Of a DNA stretch of 64,000 nucleotides, positions 49,160 through 61,039 are shown in pieces. Both the position numbers and the translations under genes were made by a program. This DNA is from Malacoraja senta (Eukaryota): assembly GCA_038087875.1 (NCBI GenBank), contig CM075986.1, forward strand, positions 14,694,001-14,758,000. The letters are read 5' to 3'. Within the stretch, counting starts at the first letter, position 1; every line of letters starts with the position of its first letter. The notes below the pieces were generated by a model. The model saw only the letters and a list, made by a program, of their open reading frames with translations. It was not told where the DNA came from and did no database searches.

Positions 49160-49728
49160 AAGTTCAAGTTCACGTTCAAGATACATTTATTGTCACATGC
49201 ACCAATTGGTACAGTGAGATTTGAGTTACCGTACAGCCATCCAAATAAAAAGAACACAATACACGATAGAATTTAACATGAACATCCTCCACAGGGGAAT
49301 CAACGTTTCCCACTGTGAGGGAAGGCAATAAAGTTCAGTCATCTTCCTCTTTGTTCACCCATAGTCAGGGCCTTTGAGCCCTCCGCAGTCGCCATTACGG
49401 ATGGCCCGTTGCACAGGCCCTCTCGCTGGGATGATCGGAGCTCCGACGTCGGAACGGAAGAACACACTCAGCGGCTTGGAGTTTCCGAATCGGCCACTTC
49501 CCACCGGAGACCGCAGCTTCCAAAGTCCAAAGGCCGAGCTGGGTAGAGCTCCAACACTGGCGATCTCCGGCAAGGGATCCCAGGCCTCCGCGATGTTAAA
49601 GTCAGTGCCGCCCACGGCTAGAAGCTCCGCAGACCACAGCTCCACAGTGTTAAAGTCAGCAGGTCCAACACTCCAGAGCTCCAACTGGCGATCACCAGCA
49701 AGGGATCACCCGCTCTGCTCCAACCCCA
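49160..49728 (-). mobile_element. Probable non-autonomous retroposed repeat (GC-rich body, AATAAA plus (CTTGAA)n tail)
   Basis: Minus-strand tail GACAATAAATGTATCTTGAACGTGAACTTGAACTT; AACCCCA occurs at both sides; internal sub-repeats. Confidence 0.45.
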
Positions 49729-50423
49729 GTAAATATGAAGGGAATTGAAAACAACCTGGAGACACAAGAGACACATAAATACTGGAATCCAGAGCAAAAG
49801 CAAATGCTTGTGGAATTCAGCAAGTCAGGCAGCATCTGTTGAGGCATCAGAATGGTTATCCTTCCATTTCCCGATGAAGAGTCTTGATCGAAACATAGAT
49901 GATCCCTTTCCTCCATAGATGCTGGCTGACCCATTGAGTTCTTCCAGCAGTTTGTAAAACAGCGGAAAATGGAACCCAGCAACAAACACTCCAGAGCTTG
50001 GTTCCACCTGTGAACCTATTGACGTTCCTGCTCTTAGTGTTCCTGACGCCAGCTCGTGCCACAGACCCTGCCCACAGTTCAGACCCTCAGGTCACACACC
50101 AAACCCATGAGTGACTCGGATATCCCACCAATGGGATTTTTGAACAGTCAAATACCAGATTATCAGTAGAAGGATGAAACTGCAGATTCAGGTTTATTAA
50201 ATAAAAGATGGAGAGTGCTGGAGTAACTCAACGGGTTAGGCATCACCTCTGGAGAACATGGAAAGGTGACATTTTGGGAAGGGACCCATCTTCAGACTGA
50301 TTATTTTACTGTTGTTGTATTTGCATCATGCCTGACCTGCTAACTTCCTCCAGCATGCTGTGTTTTACTCAAGATTCCAGCATCTGCAGTTTCTTGTGTC
50401 ACCTTCACCTAGCTGTTGCCTAG

Positions 50424-50720
50424 GGAGGCACGGTGACGCAGCGGTAAAGTTGTTGCCGGATTCGATCCCGACTACGGATGCTGTCTGTACGGAGTTTGTA
50501 CGTTCTCCCCGTGACCACATGGGTTTCTCCGAGATCTTTGGTTTCCTCCCACACTCCAAAGACATACAGGTTTGTAGGTTAATTGGCTTTGGTTTAAGTG
50601 TAAATGGTCCCTAGTGTGTGCAGGACAGTATTAATGTGCTGGGATCGCTGGTCGGGGCGTACTCAGTGGACCAAAGGGCCTGTTTCCGCGCTGTATCTGT
50701 AAACTAAACTAAACTAAACT
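50424..50720 (+). mobile_element. V-SINE (HE1-like)
   Basis: Head, B-box-like GATTCGATCCC, V-domain and (TAAAC)n tail. Confidence 0.8.
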
Positions 50721-50881
50721 TCACTCTTAGTAGCTAATCATCACTTTCAGACACCTCCCCATTGCACCCCATTGAGGTTCTCTGCCAAGAACCTTATCCT
50801 TAACTGTCCACTAACAACTGTCGTGTCCTTATTCTAGTCATGTTCTTCTGCAGAATTGATAGGGATCCCACCTATCCTCCT

Positions 50882-51114
50882 AAGAAAGACACAAAATGCT
50901 GGAGTAACTCAGCGAGACAGGCAGCATCTCTGGAGAGATGGAACGGGTGACATTTCGGGTCGAGACCCTTCTTCAGACCTCAGAGGGGTCTTGACCCGAA
51001 ACGTCATCCATTCCTTCTCTCCAAAGATGCTGCCTGTCCCGCTGAGTTACTCCAGCATTTTGTTTACATTTTGTGTACAACTGCAGTGTAAACCAGCATC
51101 TGCAGTTCCTTCCT
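50882..51114. mobile_element. Inverted (head-to-head) PLE-derived insertion with 12-bp TSD
   Basis: ACCTATCCTCCT at 50870-50881 and 51115-51126; ~90-bp imperfect inverted arms meet at the hammerhead-like motif. Confidence 0.72.
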
Positions 51115-53479
51115 ACCTATCCTCCTGACTCCTCCATTGCAAAGGAGTCCCTTCCACTACTAGTGTTCCAACGGCAGGGATAAAGTCGTATGGCCAACAA
51201 ACCTACATGAAAAACTGCCACAGAGACAAAGTACGAGGGGGAACAGTTAATATACTGTGGAATTAGAAATTCCCTATTGCTCTGCAATGTCACCTGTTCC
51301 TGTCCATTAAATATGTTATTCTTAAGAACCCCAGGATACCAGCTTTAATGGCTTTAGCTGCATTGGTGATGAGAATGATGGCTATAACTGAAGTATAACG
51401 CGCTAATGTAGTCATTGATGGTGCCAAGATTTCCTTTATTTGAAGTTTGGAATTTAAGTTTGACAGAATTTTCACTGATTATGTTTAAATCAGCGGGATG
51501 TGCCTGAACCTTCTCCTTCCACACCTACGGAGTCTGAACACAGTGGGAAAATTAACTCTCTTGGGAGCTGTGCCTTTTGTAACAGAGACGTGCGGGTTTC
51601 ACAGTGGAAGGAAATCACTTTGATCGGACCATTGCATCAGAGGTACCATACTTCTGGTGTCCCAGGTGAACAGCTGCTGGATGATTCCCACTTTAAAACA
51701 TCAGCATTAGCGGCCCTTCCAGAGCACTGGGCTCCCAGTGCAGAAGATGTTATTGAATCCGGCAGTTTCTTTCAGCATTAATGTGCAATGTCATCACTAG
51801 TGCGTGGAGTTTAAGAGCCATCTGGTTGCATAGACCAAGGGCATGAGTCCAACATGTGACATATGGTTTCCATTTATTCTGAAGGTCCTATTGATATATG
51901 TTTGAGGCAAGGTAACCTCCTTCCAGTTCAGAATGGTTTGGAAGTGCATCTATCCAGTGACTAGAAAGAGTCTGGTGGATTGACAAAAATCGTGATGGCA
52001 TTCCATATGTGGTGTGCAAGTCTGAAAAAGGAGCAAATCCACGCTTAACTTCTAAGCTCATTTTTCCTGATATGAGTTATAATAAGATCTATTCAAAGGT
52101 GACCATTTGGCAAAATAAACTGTTGTTTTGAAAAGGTGACCATTTGAGATGTCAGGCAGGTAAATAACGCTGGCATCATGGGTTTTGTAACGATAAGAGA
52201 CAGCTTTTCAGGTATTTAGCTGGGGATGTCATTTCTGGCAGGACATTGACTTCAGTGTCAGGCCTCTGACATGTACAAGTTCTGCGTCTGGGAAGACAAG
52301 ACGTTCTCATGGATTGACAGAGTACCATTTGGTTCTATTAAATAAGACATTGCACTCTTCAGGACTCACTAATGGACTGCAGTGACATGCCAGGTAGACT
52401 GAGAGAGTTTGTTGCCAATAACCTGAAAGAAGCCGGTCAGAATCTGAGCTGTGAGCAGGTACTCAAATAATAATCTTCTGCTGGATGACTCTGCTTCAAA
52501 TGTTCCTGATGTCAGGAATTCGTGCTTCATTATTCTTATGATGAGGCAAGGTGTTTTACTTTTCTTGTTCTGACTCCGATCCAATTGCTCCTACCAGCCA
52601 CTAAACATGGGTGTAAAAGATGTCCCGACAAAGATGAAAGAGGTTTGCCATCCCTTTAAATAACTCAGGCGCCATACACGGAGCACTGCAAACATGTGGT
52701 TCCTGGTGTGTGGCACACATGATTTCTGAATTGAGAAAATGTTGCATAATTTCATTGGGATGGGTTGAAAAGGATTGCATGAAGATCGGTGCATGCCATT
52801 GCACACAAAGGTACCAACAAGAATTATGCCAGGAAGCTGCTAATTTTATTGAGTTTTGAAAAAGGTTCCCGACCTCAAACATCACCTGTCCATTCCCTCC
52901 ACAGAAGCTGCCTGACCCACTGAGTTCCTCCAGGATTTTGTGTTTTGCTCGAGATTCCACCATCTGCAGTTCCTCGTGTCTGTTCTGGAGGTTCGCAATG
53001 TGCCCACAAAGTAACAGAGATATTCAATTAGATAATGCAGAAAAACAAGTCACTGGTAATATTTTTAGCCTTTAAACTATTTGTTTAGTTCAAGAACACA
53101 TCTGAAAATTTGGTGAATTTGAAACTTGAGGCACTGTAACATGTCAGTCGACATTTGTGGAGGGAACATACAAGATTTTTCAGGTGTGATCCCTTTGAAA
53201 GAATAAGAAGATATTACAGAAGAAAGCCATTACGACAGGAACAGAACAAAGGGGGAAAAGGAGATAAACAGACTCTAGGGAGAAGGAACTGAATGATCAT
53301 AAATGCTTAAGTGGCAAACAGAAGATGGCTAAATGCCCAAAGTGATTTTAGCAAGTCAATAGACATAATGAGAGAAATTAAAGGCACTATTTTTCTTACT
53401 TCCAGCACCTGGTGAGATTTTGTTTATTGAGCAACCTACAATAATCTTTTCTAAAAGTACTAATTAGTCACATGGAGCT

Positions 53480-54075
53480 CAAAAATACATGTCTACCAGA
53501 ATAAAGTTGTTCCCTGAGAAGTGTAGGAAGAAACTGCAGATAAACACAAAATCCTGGAGTAATTCAGCGGGACATGCAGCATCTCTGGAGGGAAGGAATG
53601 GGTGACGTTTTGGATCGAGACCATTCTTCAGACTGAAAGTCATGGGAAAGGGAAACGAGTGATTTAGACGATGATGTGGAAAGATATAGAACAAATGAAT
53701 AAAAGATATGCAAAAAAGTAACAATAATAAAGGAAACAGGCCATTGTTGGCTGTTTTCTAGGTGAGAACAAAAAGCTGGTGTGACTTGGGTGGAGGAGGG
53801 ATGTAGAGAAAGGGAACGCAGGGGCTACTTGAAGTTAGAGATATCAATAAACATCCCCTTGGGTTGTGAGCTGCCCAAGCGAACTGCAGATGCAAGTTTA
53901 CACTGAAGATAGACACAAAATGCTGTAGTAATCAGCAGGACAGACAGCATCTCTGGAGAGAAGGAATGGGTTCTGAAGTCTGAAGAAGGGTCTCGACCCA
54001 AAATGTCACCCATGGCTTCTCTCCAGAGATGCTGCCTGTCCTACAGTGTTACTCCAGCATTTTGTGTCTATCTTT
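53480..54075 (-). mobile_element. Penelope-like 3' fragments, including an inverted unit at ~53880-54075
   Basis: LGSSQPKGMFIDISNFK* and pseudo-LTR text in both orientations. Confidence 0.65.
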
Positions 54076-56379
54076 GGTGTTCCCTGAGAAATTCCATTTC
54101 AAAGGTTAAGCTCATGTGGCAGTGGGAGGATTGCTGCAAAGTATTGTGATGCAGAGACCGTGAAACTAGTGGGTAAGAACACGGCAATGGACAGAGGAAC
54201 AATACGATGATGTTGCCTGAGTCAGTGCTGCGATGGTGCCATGAGGAGATTTGGGGTGTTGTCACCAGGTCCATATCAACAAGCAAAGTTATGTGGAGGA
54301 AAGAGGCAAGAAATGAAAGATTGATTTTCAGAGAGCAAATAAAACAAAACAATTTTAACCCAGTGGTAAGTTTGGTAATCAAACATAGGGGTTCAAGATA
54401 ACCAATGCATGAGAGATGAGAAACCTTTAAACTGGAGTGCCCGCTTAACTGAAACAGTGAACACACAAATTCGCTACTGACTAAGAAAAAATTGAGGTTG
54501 ATGAAAAAGGTGGAGGGTTCTGGGATGAATTTAATAACAGTTAAAGAGATGGCGCTGGAACTATGGGCTAAATGGCCTCCTCCATGTACTGTAGATAAAA
54601 TGGTTCCAATTGTTACTGAGCAGTAGGTTTGAAAGGAGGGAGTGTTCAGAAGGGTAGCTGTTGTTGATGGGGAACCTGGAAATAAGAGTCAGTCCAATGA
54701 TCTCAAGTTTTTAATTACAAGATGCATTTTTAATCTGTCTTCCTGTTTCTGTCAGCATTGAGCCTGATGGGTGGAAAAGCCTGCAGCAGGAGAGGGTAAG
54801 GGAGTCAGTGCTGGTGATGGGGGTGGAGCAGATAAGATGGTGGTGTTTGGCAATTGTGTCAATGACCATAGAATGGTGCAGTCGTTCAAACAGGTGGTTG
54901 TGATTTACATGGCATCTACCTGGACAAAGAGGAATTAGTCCTTCTCCTTTTGCGCCACAATGGATGGTGCAAAGCACAAACCTCATAGTTCCAGTTTCTC
55001 ATGCCTCCCTTGAATAGATTTCCTGAGGCTGGAAAATCCAGCTAACAATGGTTAAAAATGGAAAGCATGTGAAAGAGAAAGCATGCAACCTTCTCAAGAG
55101 CTGTTATCAATCACTCGCTTCCTGCGAGTGGATTAGTCTCTTGCCCTTGCTTTCTTCCATTAAAACCATAAGTGGCTGCATTTGGGGCCTATTTACTTTG
55201 TATTTGAAGTATTAAAAACATCTGATCCAAAGTCTCTGATCTTTGGAGGTTAAATTCACCCCCGCGATTTCTGATAAATTCCAATGTTAAGCTGCTGGTG
55301 CTTGGGATGAATAACGATTTAGATCGTGACTGATTTAATGATAAGGCAGCATACCAATACTAATCTAGTTGAAGTATCTGCAACGCCATGCAAACTCTGC
55401 ATTCACCTGATCTTCGCAGGTTAGCTTGTATCAATGCTGCTCTTGTGCTTTTAGAACAAGATGGTCATCAGTAAACAGGAGACTCAGACAATTAGACTGT
55501 CATGAATCTTCTTCTTCTGACACTTTTGTTATAGTAGCTTCCAAAGGGAAATTGGGTTTCTTGTGATGTAAACTTGCACTACCCTATATTGCTGGATTAA
55601 CAGAATTAATAATTACTGCCACATTATGGTGTTAACAATTACAAATGTTATGAGATGCCCATTACATTCTCATAACTATTTACTTGTGGATTCACAGAAA
55701 TATCATGCTACTGAATCAATATGTATAACTCAGATTCAATTATTGGTATTGGTAGTCGTTTATTATTGTCATATGCATAAAGATATAATGAAAAACTATC
55801 CATGCAAATCATACCATTCATGAATCATACTATACATGAGTGCAACAAGTAGTGCAAAAAGAGAAAGGAAACAAAGTTTAGATTATAATGATAGAGGTTC
55901 AGAGAAAGCACAAATAGAAAAAGATACAAGGGCCCAAATGAGATAGAATGGGAGATTGTAAATGTATCCTGAATATGATAGTTCCATTCAAGATTCTGAT
56001 AACAGAGAGGAAGAACCTGTTCTTGAATCTGTGCATGCTTTCAAGCTTAAATGAAATATTGGAAGTGTAACACACAGCAATGTCAGCTATTGCCTATAGT
56101 CCTGAAACATATAGTAGCTGAAGTCACTTCAGCTTGTGGAGATTGAGATAATTTCCAATGATTTTCCTGAAAGTTTTAACTGCAGAGCATGTTCTCCAAG
56201 GTGGCCTGCTCCTGGCCTTTAAGATGACTGTGCCGGGGAGGTGATGGTTGTAATACCAGGGCCAAATGTTACAGCTGAGGAAATGGTAATTCCATCCAGC
56301 CAAACATCAGTGCAACACTGAAAAGATTAAAGAGTAGGCCCCCCGAGGGTTCAAACAGCATTAGAAATTCCAGTGTGGT

Positions 56380-56810
56380 AATGAAAAGTTGTAAACACTG
56401 CCCAGTCCATCATCGGCTCTGACCTCCCTACCATCGAGGGGATCTATCACAGTCGCTACCTCAAAAAGGCTGCCAGCATTATCAAGGACCCACACCATCC
56501 TGGCCACACACCCATCTCTCCGCTGCCATCAGGTAGAAAATACAGGAGCCTGAAATCTGCAACATCCAGGTTCAGGAACAGCTGCTTCCCCACAGCCATC
56601 AGACTATTAAACACAACTTCAAACAAACTCTGAACTATAACAGCCTATTGCACTTTATCTGTTTATTGATGTGTGTATATATATATATATGAACACCCTG
56701 ATCTGATCTGTATTTATGACTACAATATCCTGTTGTGCTGCAGCAATGCAAGAATTTCATTGTCCTATCTGGGACACGTGAGAATAAACGCTCTTGACTT
56801 GACTTGAAAA
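56380..56810 (+). mobile_element. Rex1-like LINE 3' end
   Basis: VVNTAQSIIG..LPTIE...KAASIIKDPHHPGH..SPLPSGRKYRSLK...FRNSCFPTAIRLLN; AATAAA plus (CTTGA)n tail. Confidence 0.75.
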
Positions 56811-56954
56811 TAAAATAAACTTCAGATTAAACATTTTAATGGGGTCCATGAAATTCTATATAAGACTGAAAGAGATGACCAACGTTTCACAAAATTAGGG
56901 TCTTCTTTTGCATTTCCATAGTCTTGTTAAGTCAGACCTGACAATAATGTCACA

Positions 56955-57141
56955 ATACACAAAAATGCTGGAGAAACTCAGCGGGTGCAGCAGCATCTAT
57001 GGAGCGAAGGAAATAGGCAACGTTTCGGCCCGAAACGTTGCCTATTTCCTTCGCTCCATAGATGCTGCTGCACCCGCTGAGTTTCTCCAGCATTTCTGTG
57101 TACCTGGGATTTTCCAGCATCTGCAGTTCCTTCTTAAACAA
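56955..57141. mobile_element. Palindromic PLE-derived insertion with 12-bp TSD
   Basis: 73-bp arms at 56956-57028 and 57030-57102 (1 mismatch, 1-nt spacer); AATAATGTCACA at 56943-56954 and 57142-57153. Confidence 0.85.
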
Positions 57142-58667
57142 AATAATGTCACAGTAGTGGGAAACAACAGGAGTAGGCTCCCCTATCCATAGTCTTATGG
57201 TTGTACTGCACAGAAACGGGCCCTTCATCTCACCACATCCATGATATCCTTTTTGCCCAGCAATGCTATACTAATTCCACATGCCCACATTGGGACGATA
57301 GCCTTCCATTACTTGTCTATCGAAATGTCTGTCTAAATATCTCATAAAGATAGTGATTATATACAAGTATACCACCTCCTCAGGCAATGCATTCCAGATA
57401 TCAGTCACTCTTGTTGTAAAATAAGTATCCCTCTGATCCCCTTTAAAACTCTTTCCTCTCACGGTAAATCTATGCGCTCATATTTTTGATACACCTCCCA
57501 TGGGGAAAAGACTCTGACGCTCTAACCTTTCATTGCCTCTTAATCTTCTACGGTCACAACTCAGCCTCTCACCAATATCTCTCAAGGGCCTGTCCCACTT
57601 ACTCGATTTTTTCGGCGACGTAATGATTTTAACGCAGCTTACTTCATTAGCTTCCAGAATAAATAAGGGTAAATTTCCTTTTTGAACAACCATTATTTGG
57701 CAACTCCTTCAGCTACATTCATGAATAATTTTAATAATTAATTTCTGGTAAAGCAGCTTCAGATGACCGGAGGAAATTCATAACTCATGTAACAAGTCTA
57801 GCTTTCAGCCCCAGACATTAGGCCAAGTCCATCAGCAATTGACTAAACATTCAATTTCATATAGGACAAAGGCCATCTTTCTTCATTAAGATGCTGAGAA
57901 AGGATAAAAGGGAGGAAAGGAGACCAGTGATAGAATGAAGGGTGAGAGAAAATAAATGTTTAAAAAAGTGTTAATGCAAGATAGCAAAAGCCTGGAGAAT
58001 GTGAGAATGTAGAGCATGTGGCTGAAGTTACATAAGACATTGAAATCTGGAATAAGAATACTGCAGTGCTGATTAACAATTGAGCCTGGAAGTCCCTAAT
58101 AACCAAGGTTCAAAGGTGAAAGCTTATGTTGAGCTTAGTGCAGGGGGCTGAAGTGCAAATGATACGGAGAACTGAAGTGATATGTCGTTCAAGATTGAAT
58201 GGGAATGTTCTGTGAAGCAATTACACTGTCTACCTTTAGATTCCCCACTGAAGAGGAGACCACATCATGAGCAACAGATGTAGTATATTACATCGACATA
58301 AATGGAAGAAAATCATTTTGTCACAAAAAGGGTCCTAGCTTCTGGACAGTGAGAAGGGGGATAAAAGAGCAAGTGTTTGCATATTTTGTCGTTACAAAAA
58401 ATGTTGCCATCATGAGGAGAGTAGATTCAGAAGGAAATGTAATCTGTGGCATCCCGAGGAAGTGGTTGATGCATGTCAGTGCATTGTAACATCGTGAACT
58501 TTAGTAAATTTTGGTAGTACACTGTGCGAACACGGAGTTCCATATAACGTTTAATAATTAGGTTTTAGATGGGGAAAAAACCCGAGAGCACTGCCCAACA
58601 GAGGCCAGGAACCGAGAGATATAGAAACAGGATTACGGTCTTGCTTGTTTTCCAGTATACAAGTATA

Positions 58668-58935
58668 GGTGGCCCACTGGTGCAGCTGGTAGAGTTATTG
58701 CCTCAAGGTGCCAGAGACCCTTGTTTTATCGTGACCTTGGCTGCTGTCTGTGTGAAATTTGCACATTCTCCCTGTGAACGTGTGAGTTTGCTCTGGTTTC
58801 CTCCCACATCCCAAAGACATGCGGGTTTGCAGGTTAATTGGCCACTGTAGTGTGTGGGGAGTGAACAAGTGTGAATGGGTGATCAGCGTGGGCCGAAGGG
58901 CCTGTTTCCATGCTGTATCTCTAAACTAAACTAAA
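58668..58935 (+). mobile_element. V-SINE (older copy)
   Basis: Degenerate head, V-domain, and GGGCCGAAGGGCCTGTTTCC...TAAACTAAAC tail. Confidence 0.72.
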
Positions 58936-59909
58936 TAAGGCTATGAGGCTGACAATTCCCGGTGTCCTCTACACATTGTATGAGACGGAGTTTTCCAGTG
59001 TCTCCCTAATGTCCTAGTTCTGTTTCTAAAATTAAATCCTCTCATTCTTATTCTCTCATCAGATGAAGTAGTGTTTTTTTGCATCTACACCATTGAATCA
59101 CTGTAATATTTTCTTTGGTCTGATAAACCGCTAATCTTCAAAATCCAAGGTAGTGCCCTAGAGTTTATATAACCAGCTCTCACATTTTAACCCCCAATTG
59201 CGGTAAAATTGTGTGGTACCACCGCCAAGGCCATATCTTCCATTAAATGCAATATCCAAGACCAATCCTGCATTCAATCAATGTTGACAATCAATGTTTT
59301 GTCTCCATTTGACAGGAGGTCCGTGATGGAATTTGTGAACAGAACTAAATGCCAACCAATTACTGGAGTACCATTTCTAAATGGCATTAAATCCACATAA
59401 AAACTAAATGTCCGGCAAAATAGCAACTCCATATAACTCAACTGGAGTTTGTTTTTATGGCCAGAAACATTTGTCAAATAATTTCCTGTATTTTATTTCA
59501 TTTTTACTGCTAAAACTTCCTAATCTAGGTGTTACAGAGAGTGGCATGGTAATGAACAAATTATTGCGCCAACTGCGGATTTGATACCCTCAGGATTTAC
59601 ATCAGATGGAAAGCATTTTTAATTGCCTCATGGAACAGTGCAATGTTCACGCTGGCAATTGAAGGTGAATTTATGTGACGGCAGCCCAGAAAACGAATTT
59701 TCCTTCAGACAGATTTAAGGTGAGCTGTGAATTTCACTGAAAAGGGTTGAGACGCCACCAGACATGTTGTGAGCAATCCAAGGCTGTTGTGATATAACAC
59801 TTGCGATAAGTGAAGAAATCAGCTGGTACGGCCTTCTCCACTGTCAGAGTGAGGCCACATGCAAATTGGAGGAACAGCACCTCATATTTCGCTTGGGAAG
59901 CTCACAACC

Positions 59910-60077
59910 GGGGTCAAGGAAAGAGCGTTCACGTCGCGGCCCTGTTTTCACCAATCTTTCCACCACCACGCGCAAGAAGCACAAGCGCAAGACAGACACC
60001 ATTGTATGCAGATGCTGAGAAGTGTGTTCAACTCTGGCTGAACAACTTCTAATCTTGTGTGTGGACTCGATAAGAAG
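59910..60077 (+). mobile_element. Short non-LTR 3' end (RTE-X-like) with TSD
   Basis: AAGCT(C/T)ACAACC at 59898-59909 and 60078-60089; ends CGATAAGAAG, similar to 745-1115. Confidence 0.55.
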
Positions 60078-60355
60078 AAGCTTACAACCCAGCGGTATGA
60101 ATATTGATTTCTGAAATTTCATGTAACCCTTACATACCTTGTCTCTCCGTCTCTCCCCCACCCCTAGTCGTCCTGCTGGTTTTACTGTTCATATCACCTC
60201 GTTATCACCTCTTTTTGGCCATTGGTGCCGGCTCTGATCTGTTCCATACCTTTCCTCTAGTTTCCCTCTCCCTGACTCTCAGTCTGGAGAAGGGTCTCGA
60301 CCCGAAATGTTACCTATTCCTTTTCTCCAGAGATGCTGCCTGACCTGCTGATTTA

Positions 60356-61039
60356 AGCCCCTGTCCCACTTTCGTGTCCTTGGCATGCTAATTACGCGAC
60401 CTCGTGGTCACGTTGAGGCGCGACGCCCCCGCGAAGGTCGTGCGCGATTTCATGCGTTCGCACAACTGTCTGGAGCGCGTGACGTCATTTGAATGCAGGA
60501 TGTAACTCAGCGGGAGCCACAGCATTTCCAGAGAGGCGGAATGGGTGACGTTTCGTGTCGAGACTCTTCTTCAGTCTGAAAGAAGGGTCTTGACCCGAAA
60601 CGTCACCCATTGCTTCTCTCCAGAGATGCTGCCGGTCCCGCTGAGTTACTCCAGCACTTTGTGTCTATCTTCAATTTTCTTGGCCGCGCTCTGGGAGTAG
60701 AAGTGGGGGCGGATCCGGACCGCAACGGCCGTGAGCCCCAGGCCGAGCTCGGCGATTGTTTGCCTGCTTCTGCTGCTGTTGGAGGTGAGACGTTGCGTCG
60801 CGCCAGGGTTTTGGGCCTGTCCCACTTTGGCCGTCAGTGACGCGACAGGCCGTTGCCGCGCGAAGATTTCGTTCGCTACAAAAATCTCGGAGCCCCGCGC
60901 AATGTCACACACAACTACATACTCCTCCGCGCTTCTCAGTCGGACCGGCCCCGCGCGGCCACACGATGCCCGTGCGCCTCAACGCGACGACGAGGTCGCG
61001 TAATTTGCGTGCCAAGGACACGTAAGTGGGACAGGCCCT
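60356..61039. mobile_element. Composite PIF/Harbinger-type MITE (684 bp)
   Basis: ~65-bp TIRs; TTA TSD at 60353-60355 and 61040-61042; contains an inverted PLE unit (~60500-60675) and a third terminus GGGCCTGTCCCACT at 60813. Confidence 0.8.

Noticed and set aside
51290-51475. Hydrophobic ORF resembling a signal peptide or channel pore segment
   Set aside because: Short, with weak splice signals, and alternative frames close; no recognisable family.
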